A stretch of 64,000 nucleotides of DNA from Octopus sinensis (Eukaryota). How positions within the stretch are numbered: position 1 is the first letter of the stretch; each line of letters starts with the position of its first letter. Made by a program: the position numbers and the translations under genes. Shown piece after piece: positions 10,466 to 23,220 of the stretch. The notes under the pieces were generated by a model. That model was not told where the DNA came from and made no database searches. It saw only the letters and a list, made by a program, of their open reading frames with translations. The stretch is from positions 125,178,001 through 125,242,000 of the forward strand of contig NC_042999.1 in NCBI RefSeq assembly GCF_006345805.1. Direction: 5' to 3'.

Positions 10466-11410
10466 GGATCTTTGAGGTTTTCGTCACTGTTTACAATTTT
10501 GTTCTAATTGATTTCAAATTTGGTATATGGATTAAGTTTTGTTTACTAATTATGAAAATGAAATTCATTTTCCATATAAATCCATAATTAAAAAGTTATT
10601 AGCCTTTAAAATTTGCAAAATTTGGGTATTTTAGCCAATCACAAGCGAGTATTTTAGATATCACCGTGGTGAAGAAGCAAAAAGCACCACTCGTTCCATA
10701 GCTGATTGCGAAGAACTCTATTTCCATAGTAGCCAAAGATGTTGTGCATGCGCACAAGGAGTGTAACCACCACTTGTTCTATAATTGTTTATTTTCATAA
10801 CAGATGGGACTCACATTCAACAAATTGAAAGTATCTGGGCATGGTTGACTCTTATGTTTGTGAATTTATGTGGAGAAAGAGATACGGGAAAGATAATTTA
10901 TTTTATAAAATCCTAGAGCGTATTGCAAACTTTCGTTCTTGAAGTTTTTTTAAACTAATAAATGTCTATTTTAAACAATGTTTTGATTGTTATTTCTAGC
11001 AACTCCAGTTGGTTTGTTCGTAGCTTTTAGATATTTAATTTCCTTGTGAATGCTTTGATATTAATTTTGCTCCTGTATATTTTAATGTTTTGGTTGTTAT
11101 TTCTAGCAACTCCTGTTAGTTTGTTCGTTACTTTTAAATATTTAACTTCCTCGCGTAACTAGTTTAATGTTTTGACATGCCGATGCCCCCACCCACCCCT
11201 GATGATGGAAGAGGCAACGAACGTGCTGTTTTCTGATTGGCTGAAAATTCTGAAAATTATCAAACTTTGAACACCTATAACATTTTTGCAAAATTTTTCT
11301 AGAATAAATGAATAACAAATTCGGATTCAGCTCCAAAAATTTCATATATATGATACATAAAAAAATTTTTTTAAGATAATTGTAAAGAGTGACGAAAACC
11401 ACAAAGATCC
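10466..11410 (+). mobile_element. Internally deleted Merlin (IS1016/ISXO2-like) DNA transposon
   Basis: TIR GGATCTTTG(A/T)GGTTTTCGTCACT(G/C)TTTACAATT; perfect 8-bp TSD AACGAATC (10458-10465 and 11411-11418); transposase remnant inside; internal direct repeat of about 68 bp (about 10980-11048 and 11087-11155). Confidence 0.88.
10803..10942 (+). pseudogene. Merlin transposase C-terminal remnant
   Basis: DGTHIQQIESIW, then after a deletion/frameshift VDSYVCEFMWRKRYGKDNLFYKILERIANFRS*. Matches the recalled Merlin C-terminal motifs HTxxIExxW and SYLxEFMWR. Preceded by the acceptor-like TTTTCATAACAG. Confidence 0.8.
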
Positions 11411-12149
11411 AACGAATCTAACTGTTCTTGTTTTTGTTTTTTCTTTAGTTTTTGTAGTTTGTTTTTTTTTTGCCTCATGTCAGCTCTAACTAATTAGATC
11501 TATGATCAAAGAAGTTTTAGTTATGACTATTCCATCTTTATCTCAGGCATTCAAGGACATCATTATCCCAAAGTTAACACACAATTTACGGTCGTTAAAA
11601 AGTGACAGTAAAATTATAGATATTGATGAAAACAGTCACACTTTTCAGTGGTGTTCTTCGCTGAGTTATACTACAATGGAACGATGTTCAGCTACTTCTG
11701 AAATACGTAGCATATCACTAAAAGTTACTATGTATGTAGGTGCCTGTGGACGTGGCATTACAAGGGAGTTATTTTTACCTTCTTATCATGAAATTTCGGC
11801 ATCTCACAGTCGTCACTTCTGATTTCTATCGCAACTTACTTTTACTTTTTTTACGACTGTAAACCGCATGTTAACCTGCCCCAACGTGCTCTTATCTTTC
11901 CGTGACAGCAGAGTATAATTTAAGGGCTGATCTCCCATAAATTACTGATATTTCTAGCAAGTCGAATGACCTCATAGAGGATCTCTCATTGGCTGGAACT
12001 AAATTTTGTACATGCTGGAGATGACCATAATTCTGCAACGAATTATTGTCACCTCCGGATAAAACTGTCTTATCATCATCTAGGTGCTCTCCATATGTCC
12101 AGGGGTCGGCTTGTCAAGCGTTTCTAGTTCCTTCTGTGTAATGTTGCAT

Positions 12150-12790
12150 GCATAAAAACAGCCAGGCTCTTGTTTCCACTCCATTCTTTGATGTTATCAG
12201 TTTAAACATTTTTGACAGCTACTTGCTTCTTTCCCCTCCACACTTCCGGCAAGATGGTTTTGGGTAGTGATTTGTGGTGCATCGTATGCACCAAATATGA
12301 ATATGATAGCTTTGTGGGCTTGGTTCTTGATAGTAAGGTCTATTTGGACATTCAGCTCTTCTAATATTGCAGCATTTGTTATCTTGACTTACCAGCTTAT
12401 TCTATCCAATCTACGAAAGACCCACATTTCAAAGGCATCTATCTTCCTTTCCATTACTCTGTACATTATCCAAGTTTCAACCCCATAGACTACGATTCGC
12501 ATAATATAACCATTTACTAGCCTCGATTTTAGGTGCACCTCTTTTGAGGTGAATTTAATTCTCGTTCTTATATTAATTGACTGAAGACATATATATTACA
12601 CCTTATCGTAAGTCGAAGATAGCCCTTCTGTTTTGATTTTTGAAATCAACATTAACACCGTTGTATTGATTGCATGTATTAAGTTATACTCTAAACAAAT
12701 ATTTAGCAACTTCTTGTCCCTGCTTAAAGTTTTGCTCATTGTTTCTTTACTTCTTTGCGAATTTAGTTTTAAGTCTTTCATTGCTGTATT
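12150..12790 (-). mobile_element. RTE-clade LINE fragment (RT C-terminal region)
   Basis: Minus strand reads VYGVETWIMYRVMERKIDAFEMWVFRRLDRISW*VKITNAAILEEL..., matching the RTE motif YGxETW...IxAFEMWxxRRxxRISW. Confidence 0.8.
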
Positions 12791-14164
12791 TCATTATTTT
12801 TCTTTTTGAATCAGGTTAAGGTTTATGTTATTACAGTTGTACATGGAAAGTGTGGAGATGATGGGTGTTAGTTTATAAACTTCACTCCCCCACCAGCGCC
12901 CAGTTTGTCCCCTCCCCCTCTCTGTCTGTCTCTCTCTGTCTCTCTCTCTCTCTCTCATCCTACGTGTGGCGACGCATCTGTGTTGTGTATATATGATGAC
13001 GCTGAGATCATGGAAGTGTTGCCTTGCCTGCTGTTGTTTATACTCGAGAAGATAAGGGTGCTGGGTATTGGTGGGCAGACGCCATTTCAATGGTATTTAC
13101 ATTTGAAAGAAAGCTTTTCTCTCTCACTCTCTCATTACCCTGCTTCAGAACTTAACAAAGTTTTGCTTCATAACAGCACCCCCTATGTCTTATCATAACA
13201 TTTACAATAATCTGTCTTTAGGTTGACATTCAAATTTACTGCACCTCTGCTTAGGGTCTCAACCTCACACAACTCTATTATCATCAGCACTGTCGCATCA
13301 CCGAAGACTAACCATTTGGATTCATTTGTGCGACATTCTCTGCAATAACATCTGTTAGTTACTCCAGACTTTCTTTTAACGTTACTTTGGCTAGATTAAT
13401 GTAAAATCAGAGATGTCACTTGTTTGTTTTTCTTTCTGTTAGAATAGAAAGACATTGTAAGTTAAAGAAGGCAACTGATTCCACCGTCTTGCACATTATT
13501 ATTTTAACAGCAGTTTATTCTTCATATCTCAAACACCAGTAGCGTCACTTTTTTGTTTTCGATGACGAATTATAATAGCCTCTTTCTGGAAATTACTCTT
13601 GCTCTTAATCCCACAACACTACCTCACACTCCGGCCCACAATATCACCCTCAGTCCTATAACATTTATCATCTCAGTTTAGCTCCACAAACATTAACTCC
13701 ATCGGCAGTTCCACAACGTTACTCCACTCTCAGCTCTACGGCATTATTCCACCCTCAGTTCTACAACATTTATTCTACCTTCACTCCTACAAAATAACTC
13801 CACTTAAAAGTCGCACAACGTTACTCTACAAATGGTCTCAACATTATTCCATCGTTACTCACAGAATGTTATTTTACTCACAGTTCCACAACACAAATCC
13901 TCCCTCAGACACACATTACACTAATCCTTCACCAGTTTCACTACTTCAGTCTCACTTTTGTAAGACTAAAATCAATTTACCCTATTGTCGCAGTATTATG
14001 CTACTCTTGTCTGGGCTCTAATCCTTAACAGTGCTCCTCATAGTTTTACATCCGCTCTAAGTTGTTAAATTTGGGACAAACTATTGCGAGTAAACTTAGT
14101 TGCTTTTTCTTCACTGATGTGAGAAAGATTTCAGCTACATTCGATTGTAGATTTCATACCCCTC

Positions 14165-14410
14165 TGTTACCAACAATATATATATATTGTGACCGTGTGT
14201 GTACCGTTGGCGATTTTTTTCCTCTGTCTTCCCTTCTCTGGATCTTTCCTTCTCCTATGTTTCCGACGAAGAGCTCCGCTCGAAACGTTAAACCCTCCTT
14301 CTTTCCTTAGAATCCAATAATACTATATTTGTTGCACGTCCTCGCGTTGTTGTGTTTTTTTGTGCTTTCTTGTTTGGATTAACTATATATATATATATAT
14401 ATATATATAA
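14165..14410 (+). mobile_element. Short Penelope-like terminal repeat or derivative, TA-flanked
   Basis: Pyrimidine-rich body with CCGACGAAGAGCTCCGCTCGAAACGTT, flanked by (TA)n on both sides. No GIY-YIG or RT coding sequence seen. Confidence 0.55.
14259..14293 (+). ncRNA. Minimal type-I hammerhead ribozyme-like motif
   Basis: GUUU-CCGACGA-A-GAGC-UCC-GCUC-GAAA-CGUU-AAAC: helix I GUUU/AAAC, core CUGANGA variant (U4C), helix II GAGC/GCUC, GAAA, palindromic ACGU, NUH triplet GUU. Confidence 0.6.
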
Positions 14411-14661
14411 CTGCCAAGTCATTACCAACTTTCTAGAAGCAGCCAGGATGAACACTCTGAAGGAGAAAAGATTTCAGAGTTGAACTGGGTCTAATCTATC
14501 CACAAATGATGGAGACCACTTCTGCAACAGGATCTGCAAATCCCGGATAGGTTCCTACTCCCACATGAGGCGACACGCCAAAACATCGGACTCAGAACAC
14601 TATGCAGCCTGGTCCTGCTAAATCCTCATTCGTTGAAGTGATGAGAGATTCCAAAACTAAC

Positions 14662-14665
<4 letters not shown>
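14410..14665 (+). mobile_element. RTE-type LINE 3' end with C-terminal Cys/His motif
   Basis: FLEAARMNTLKEKRFQS*...HFCNRICKSRIGSYSHMRRHAK, followed by a short repeat tail. Confidence 0.7.
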
Positions 14666-14701
<36 letters not shown>

Positions 14702-15734
14702 GGTGGATTATAGCTGCTGTAATTACCAGCCTTCACAAATTTGGCTTCACGCCTTTCATGAGTCATATCGGATAAATTATTGTATCATTCTTTCACCCAA
14801 TGATTCAAGGAAGGAGATCCACTGAAATGGTTAGTTCGTTGCTGCATAACGATGAAAGGTAGGTTAGAGTTCAGTAGACAGTAACCGAAGATAAAAGGGT
14901 TTCCTTCTCTTTGTAGTCTTCTTCCTGTTTTACTTATTGTTGAACAGTTGGATTTCTCTTTGTCGAGAACAAGATTCAGCGAAATAGTCAATATTGACCC
15001 CTGGGTATCTATGTAACTATCTAAAGGGGTGGTACACACTGAAATGATTGTGAGTTCTAAAAGTGCTGAGTTAGTAGTGAACTGAATCGGGAGAGCGAGG
15101 TAATTTAAAGCGAAAGTTCACTAATTTCCAACTAAATATCGATGCAATAACTAATATTCACCAAACACATATTTCACATTAAATATTCCGACTCTATGAG
15201 AACGGGAAACAATTATATAAAGCCGTTCATCCAGCACTCTTACGCTTCTGCCAAATGGTCGTAACGGTTCATAAATATTGAGTTGAATTTTACTGCAGCC
15301 GTTTCCTTGTGTATTTTGGAGACACGCTGGATTCAACAAACCTCAGTTCACTTAACTCACCAAATTAGGTGCTAAATATTCTGGGAATGTTACTCTTTTT
15401 TTCTTTTTTTTTTTTTTTGAGGTTGAAGACATAGATGTGAGGGATTTATTTTTTACTGCTAGAACTTATCCCGTTGGATCATAAATGTTGGTGCTTATAT
15501 TTGTATAAGTAAATTTAATTAGCGTGTGAAGATTGCTATGGTTAAAGCCCAACTTAATGAGAGCCCATCATCCTTCTCGTCGTTTCCAATCTCCGTAGAT
15601 TCTCTTCGAGACTTGTCCAGTATGAGATTTCTCATTCAGATTTAGACATCCTTTAAAAATCATATTATGAATAAAATGGAGTGATGCTTTGGAAAAGAAG
15701 AAAAAAGACTGATCTTTATATATATATATATCTT

Positions 15735-15925
15735 TTACCTGTTTCAATCATTAGACTGCGGTCATGCTGGGGCACCGCGCCTTGAATTTTTAGTCGAATG
15801 AATCGACCCCAGTACTTATTTTTTAAGGGTGGTACTCATTTTATCGATCTTTTTTGCCGAACCGATAAGTTACGGGACATAAACACACCCACACCGGTTA
15901 TCAAGTGGTGATTGGGGGGGGGGTA
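15735..15925 (-). mobile_element. Family-B SINE, 3' half
   Basis: CTTTTACCTGTTTCAATCATTAGACTGCGGTCATGCTGGGGCACCGC...TTTTGCCGAACCG. Confidence 0.8.
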
Positions 15926-16341
15926 AACACAGACACACACACACACATATTTATGACCGTGAGTGTCCATATGTGTGTGCATTTTTTGCTTAGTTTTGGT
16001 TTTCGTTAAACAGAAACCAATACACAACGCACAAATGCATTTGCACTCGCATATTCATGGACATTTACAACTACAAACAACTCCATCTCAATGCAATTTC
16101 ACTTACAGAGAACACCACAATATGTACATCTATTTAAATACAGATGAATACCAGACACAAATACGAAGAAAAAGATAGGTGAAGAGAAATCATTGAGAAA
16201 GCCATAACCGTGCTGCGAAATACTGCGACAAATCCTTTAACGGATTAACAAAAAAGTAATTAGTGGAATTACAACCAGGGAAAGAGTCTCCTTGTTTTAA
16301 TACACAATTTCACACATCAAGAAATTTGTGAAACACACACT

Positions 16342-16378
<37 letters not shown>

Positions 16379-18234
16379 TTGTGTTTGTGTAGCCCACGAG
16401 GCTTATGTGCATACTCTTTAAAACGTAAATATATACACTTTGAAGCATGAATATATACAATGTTGTGCATATAGACACATGTACAATTACATGCCCAGTA
16501 CTTAATTCTCCGACATATATAAATCTGTACGTTGGTACACATACACACCCAAACACACGGACGCATGCAGTATAATACTCTCCATCCCACATTGCGTGGT
16601 TAGAAACAAAACAAAACCCCGCAATATATTGATAGTTTTTAATCCGTTTCCCCAATTAAACTATGAAAATATTTCATTTTAGGATATATTTTTCCCATTT
16701 GCACTATTCACATTAAATATTTGGCTGTGTTTTGAAATGATATTAACGGTAGTGTTATAACTGCAATATAATTAGGTCAAGGTACACAAACTGATATAAA
16801 ACAACTGTACTTGCTTGCAGTCGCTCAAATATTTGTGATATGAGTAAACAAAAATATAAATAAAATAAAGAATGTGATGCGAATTGGAAATCAAAGTCCA
16901 GTATTGGAGATAGACAATTTATAGCTTTCCGTCACGCCCAGTTCCAGATCATGACAAAATAGTAAACGCTACTTCTATGATGACTCCTTCCAAAATATTT
17001 TGGGCTCCACTTGAATATTCCAGCTTTATTTATGTTTTTGTTATTGTAACCAATAAATTTGAAGTATGTATTTTAGAAGCTTGCCCTTTTTTAGTTTTTA
17101 TTTATCTATCTTATTTTGTTTATACTTATCTTTATTTAATGTGAAAGCTATGGAAATATCTTCAGGACCAGTGCACCGAATGTTATTGATAATGCTATGG
17201 GTCTCCGGATATTCCATAAAAACATGAAAAAAAAAAATGATTTTTCAATGATTTGTGGAGTGAGATAAGGAAACTTTAAAAATTGGCATGCGAAGTATGG
17301 AATCTTTACTTGGTTACCCGATCTGTTAAAATAGCTAAATCTCCCTCAAATTATTTCTTTTGCTGTCTTAAAAACGATATGTTCAATACTGTAGCCCTGG
17401 GTTTTCTACGCATAAGAAAAAAACGTGATGGTCACAGTTAGAATGCCTTGGATCATAGGTCTGTAGACCGCGAGTTAAACAGCAATAACAGTTGTCTAAC
17501 ATAAGAGATGCAGACATTAGAGCATAAAGGAAAGGAAATGTTTTGCGAGTTAGAACAGCTGCTTGTATTATCAAAGCCTTCTTAAAGACAAATAAATGGC
17601 TGACTAAACTTCGTTTTATTTCTTGTACAGAACATGCTAGAAAAAAATGATTTGGCTGAGGAAATTGTACTTTTATATACGAAAGTTGGTATCTTGTGTA
17701 GCGATGGTGGAACTAAAATTAAGTAAAAGTCAACAAATAAACAATATCAATAAACTTACGATATAAATATGACCCTTGGGGGTCATATTCGAGCTTTATC
17801 AGTTGTTACTTTCTCTTTCAATAAAGCTGTATGAAACTTATTTTGATTTGTTTTTCCGATCTTCTCCAGGAATTTATAAATAGCACAAACATTCGGATGA
17901 AATGCGATAAAGCCAACTGTATAATTGCATGGAAACTAAAAATTATTAATAAATATAGCCTTGACCTATAAAAGTTAGAATAGTAATTTTAACTTTAAAT
18001 GGAATCATTCTTCTCTCTCGTTCGTGATTTAATCTCATTTGTCATTCATTTCATATTTGTTACTTAATTCCAAACTGTGTTACTTAATTCCACACTGGTA
18101 CTGTGCTCTATGCTGCAGTGTTTACATACGCCTTGAGGTTTCCTCACTGAGTTTGTACATTTGTTATGCCATCCAGCACTACATATCTATTTTTAACTTC
18201 CTTTGTATATTTTTCTATGTTTCGTTCGGCTTTA

Positions 18235-18490
18235 GTGATCTAACAGATAGAGTAACAAGCATTGAGGTCCTTGGACGAACAGAAACCACAAGAAAACTCT
18301 TTAACAGCGTAAGGAGGCAACAGTCCAAGCTCATTAAACATTAGTGTTAGAAGACAAAGTCTTGAATACTTAGTGACAACTAGAAAACTAAACGGAAGAA
18401 AATGCCGGAGAAAACAGCTGGTTACAGAATGTTATGTGTGGACAGGAGATAGAGCCCCATGATCGCTGACGCCAATAGGTATAGCACAAA
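18235..18490 (+). mobile_element. RTE-clade LINE 3' end fragment
   Basis: TDRVTSIEVLGRTETTRKLFNSVRRQQSKLIKH...RRQSLEYLVTTRKLNGRKCRRKQ; ends GATCGCTGACGCCAATAGGTATAGCAC. Confidence 0.75.
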
Positions 18491-20038
18491 AAGAAAAAAA
18501 TTAAATCATTACAATGCGATTGAAGTTTCGAATTTTGTTGTTTTTACCTCGCTCAGTATAATAGCCTTTTGTATATTTTTGGTGAAAAATTTCCTGTTTT
18601 TATACTTTACATTCTAGTTTGTTTTTTTTTTTTATTAGAAAAAAAAACATAGTATTGTAGTAAAAAAAAGTTGCATCCCATAAAACACCATTTTTATTTG
18701 AAGTGTTGTGTTGGGACAGACAGTCATTCATAGTTATCAGCATAAAACATGAGATAAAAGTGCTGAGCGAAATAATTCTGCAAGCTCAATATCCGGAGGA
18801 GGCAATTTCTTTCACTCGTTTAAAGCGATTGAAAAGGCGTGTACGTTATGTAATCTATTCATTTCACTCACCTACATATAATATAAACTTGGTAACCAGG
18901 TATCTGTGCAAGAAATCCTATAATGATAATAATTCAGACTCTATTCATGTTTCTGTGTTTGCTTTAAAACTTATATTAAATTTTTAGATACTATGAAAAC
19001 AAATTAATTATAGTGCCAGCTAACCTGATTTAGTCATTCATGGCTGCTTTGAGTAAACCTTCTTAAACTTATACCGAAGAAGTAGGTCTTTCTTCCTGTT
19101 TCGTACAATGTTTTATGTTCCATCTACTCCTGTCAAATCTAACATTATCGTCGTACTTATCACAATCATCATCACCAACATAACAGCAGCAGTAGCATCA
19201 TAGCCATCATGACATAACCGTTTTACTTTTCGTCATACGTTTAATTATACACCTTAGTTCCGTCATCTCTTTATTATTATTATTATTATGGGTATAATAG
19301 TAAAAGTTTACTAAACAAAGAGTATGACATTGGGAGAAGGTGGCAAAATGTAAAAATATAAGTTTTTTGACAAAAAAATTCTTTCACAGAAACAAACAAC
19401 TACCTAATCCCTTGCTCTTGTTCTTCTCCATAAAGTAGTGATAGCTATTTCTAAAGTCCAGCGATCTTGTGAGACGGGTTGTAATAGTAAACGTTTCCCA
19501 AAATATTCGTTTCTTATATGAACAAGAAGCCTTATCATTATAGTAGAATGTCAAACAAGATTATGAGGCATTTATACCTTTCCCAAACGCATTAATATGA
19601 TTCCCTTTCTAGTATAAATACAGGCCTGACTCACAGACTTCGGCGTCATTAACTTGATCTGAAATATTGGTTTTGCTTGACTAGACACAAAGGCTTTATA
19701 TTTTAAAGGAAGGAAAGAGAAAGTTGTGATATTCATACATTATACAAAAGACATTAGTAATGCAAATAGCGAATGCGTATCAATGCAAAGTCCATATCAG
19801 CGTTGCATTCTTGATTTGTATGGAACATAAAATATTGATTTTTTTTTAAAAAGGCACAATTGAAAATATTTGGTGAGTTGGTGGTGAAATTTCGTGGCTA
19901 TCACGCATTTCTCAAAACCATCAGGAAGTACAGGCGAAGTAAAGCAGTTTCAACACTGAATCTAAATTAAGTCACGTTCTTGGTTTATGATTTAGATAGA
20001 GGCATTGTTCTCTGACATATACTTGAAATATATACTTA

Positions 20039-20256
20039 CGAAGGAGTGCTGAAAAGTTCCTGGCTTTGGGTAAACAAAAATACAGGAAGATCAGTTAATT
20101 ATGATTTTATTCAACATATTTCACTCTCAGATTCACACGCTTATTGCAATTGCCCCTCAGTTTTTCTTATCCCTGTAAAAGAACACGGAAAGTTGGGGCT
20201 CCAACCAGGCCTTTCCCGACACCCTTAAAGCCAGGGACTTTTCAATACCTCCCTCG
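20039..20256. mobile_element. Tc1/mariner MITE, TA TSD
   Basis: TA|CGAAGGAGTGCTGAAAAGTTCCTGGCTTT...AAAGCCAGGGACTTTTCAATACCTCCCTCG|TA. Confidence 0.85.
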
Positions 20257-21294
20257 TATATATTGAACACTTTCTAATTGTAGGCTTCCTGCATAAAAAA
20301 TAAAAAGAAAACAACTCTTCCCGTACTTGTATTTTCTCTCCGAGCATCCAAGCAATGAAACTGTTTCTTTTCTTACTGTTAGTCTTCTTTTTTTTCAAAC
20401 TTTTATCTACTTCAAAGACATTTTCTCTAAGTACTCCTCAGTCCCACTGGTGATTAGTTGTCAAAATATCGTCAATAATATCCTTGGTTGGAAGTACTCT
20501 TCAAAAATAATAGTTTACTATCACTTTTAAAATGCCACACAAATATAAATATATCATGATGTAATCAGATAGATGATAAGGGTGAGAGAGAAAAAGATGA
20601 ATTACTTAATTTCTCTTCTCTCTCTTTCTCTACTTATTAAACCATCTGGTATGTGTTCACAGCCGTTTGTTGAATGGATTTACATTACACACTCAGTGTC
20701 CATTTGTCATACACAAGTCACATGGGCTACGAGGAGAGTGGGAGAGAGACGTGTTAAATATTGCTTCTGTAGAAAGAGCTTTAAAGTTTGACAATAGCAC
20801 TGTGCTAGGTTTATTCAGATGAAGCCAGCTGCTGTAACTATATTGAACTAGCAAGAGACAGCTCACAGAAATGAATTTAATTACACATGAACTATTGTCT
20901 GCTGTGCACTTTTGTGTCGCATCTAAGCTTTTATCAGTCTTTCCGCTTGCCTACAGATTTTTTTGGAAAATCTCACATAGAATTTGGCCAGCAGGTGGAT
21001 GAAAGGGGCAGGTGACTCATTTTATTTCTTGATCCTGACGGCTCTGACTGTGAAGATTAAGCTTATTTAACAACACGAGTAAATAATAGAAGTCTTTAAA
21101 TAACCCTCAAACTTAACTGTTTTGACGACTTATCTTTAATTTTCAGAATAAACATTTTATTTCATAATATACAATATTTTCTTTTTTAAATATGTGTGTT
21201 TGTATATGCACGCGTGTGTATACTGTCATAATGGTAACATGCAAATATACGTGCTAATGTATGTTTTACGAATATCTTTTGCATCTCGAATGTT

Positions 21295-21460
21295 CCCTAC
21301 CTCGGCTTGACAACCGGTGTTAGTTTGTTTACATCCTCAGACGGATAGAATATGTACCAGACTTTAAAATTAAGTACCGGAATCAATATGTTCGACTAAA
21401 TCCTTTAAGGCGGTGCCCCAGCATGGCCGCAATCCAATGACTGAAACAAGTAAAAGATAA
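21295..21460 (+). mobile_element. Family-B SINE, 3' half
   Basis: GCTTGACAACCGGTGTTAG...GGCGGTGCCCCAGCATGGCCGCAATCCAATGACTGAAACAAGTAAAAG. Confidence 0.8.
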
Positions 21461-21671
21461 AAAGCCATCTTTCTTGATGTCAAGTTTCAAAGAGAAGGAC
21501 CACTTAAGACAAATGAGCAAATTATGAATCTTCAAAACACCACTATCTATCTTATCGATATCTTTCCGTTTCAAATTCTCCAAGCTTAAAGCAAGCATTT
21601 AATGTAGACCCTAATGGATATTTTATTTCATTAAAAAACATACTTAATAAACCAGTTAACTGTTGATGTTG

Positions 21672-21708
<37 letters not shown>

Positions 21709-23089
21709 CTCACCGATTATATTACACTCAAATTTTTTAGTTCACAGACACGAGTAGAGTGGTTAATACATGTAGTGGAGCTTATTCATTCGTTCGAAGC
21801 TGATCTGAGTCTCGATTGTGTGCGATACTTCAGAGAAGAATAGGAAAAGAATGCTATAGATATGATTTGTAAAGAAGAGTTCAAATGGCATTGTCCCGTT
21901 CCAGAATGTTTTATTTATCTGATCCCTATATGAAGTCGCTATTTTTTTATTACGTCTTATCGCTACATGTATAAGCTAACTCAGCCCTACCTGTCTTAAC
22001 TAAATCATGTCGTAGCCAACTCGTCTTCACATGTATCTAACTCATCCCTACATGCCATAACCATCTTATTCTTACATGTTTAATTATCCCTGCCTGTCGT
22101 AACCATCTCATCCATACACCTCATGGTTATGTCATTCATACATGTAATAACTGGTTTGCTGTAAATTGATCGCATTAATTATATCGCGGCAAATAAATCG
22201 CCTGGTAACTTCACTGCAAAGTAATAATTACATTTAATTAGTTTGTAATTCTCAGAGTAAATACACTGTATTTCATTAAAGCGGGTATGCAGATATTTTG
22301 AATCTACCTCACCGAGTGACAATGGTACCCTGCATAGTTACTGGTTGTCCCATGGCAAGGTATAGCACCCGTTCAGCCACCCTGCTAGGGATATAGCGAA
22401 GTCATGGGACTGCAGCATGGCTGATTGTGAAAAGATAGCGGGGAGCTCAACTGAACCAATGGTGCTTCTTACATTGATGCTGAGGTGAAGGAATCCTAGA
22501 AGATCAACAGTCAGGATCATCAAGCTCTATCAAGAGAGTAACTGCAGTGCATCCATAGGGGGTGACGTCCATGGCTGTGTAATCATCCCACGAAAGATTC
22601 GCTATAGCTCAAGCTCCCAATTCAAATTCATAACAATAGAATTGGATGGTTACAGAGAGTTAGGGGAATCCGCAGAAGCAGCGCAACCGAAGAAGAATTT
22701 CATTAAAACTTTTAAAAGAAATTCAAAGACAAAGAAAAAATTTCATCCTTCGATCACGAAATTTTTATCAATCTTCAAAAAAAAGGAATACTTTAAGGAG
22801 CGAAATAATAATCGAAAAGTATGACGCCGGCGCAAAAAATTCCACATCGCAAAAGAATTACACAGATGAGGCAGTGAGAGGGAATTCAACGCATCGTCAA
22901 TGAATATCAAAGTCACGGAATACTGGATTATTTTAAGAGCATTACTCATAATTTATCATTTATCTTTTTAGAATAATTCTTGTTTCCCCCAAATGAAAAC
23001 TGAGTAAAAATACTGCATTTTTTTCTGGGTTGTGAGCTTTTTACTTTTTGACTATGGCTGTTGAGCACATTTAATATTTCTTTATCTCT

Positions 23090-23220
23090 TTCCACCGAGG
23101 TCGACTTTGCCTTTCATCCTTTCGGGGTCGATAAATTAAGTACCAGTTGTGTACTGGGTCGATCTAATCGACTGGACCCTTCCCCAAAAATTTCGGCCCC
23201 CGTGCCTAGTGTAGAAAAGT
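23090..23220 (+). mobile_element. Family-A SINE, 3' half
   Basis: CCGAGGTCGACTTTGCCTTTCATCCTTTCGGGGTCGATAAATTAAGTACCAGTT. Confidence 0.85.

Noticed and set aside
17766-17789. Perfect 10-bp palindrome AATATGACCC-TTGG-GGGTCATATT
   Set aside because: Short, lies in probable MITE debris and is not followed by a poly-U; insufficient for a terminator or receptor-site call.
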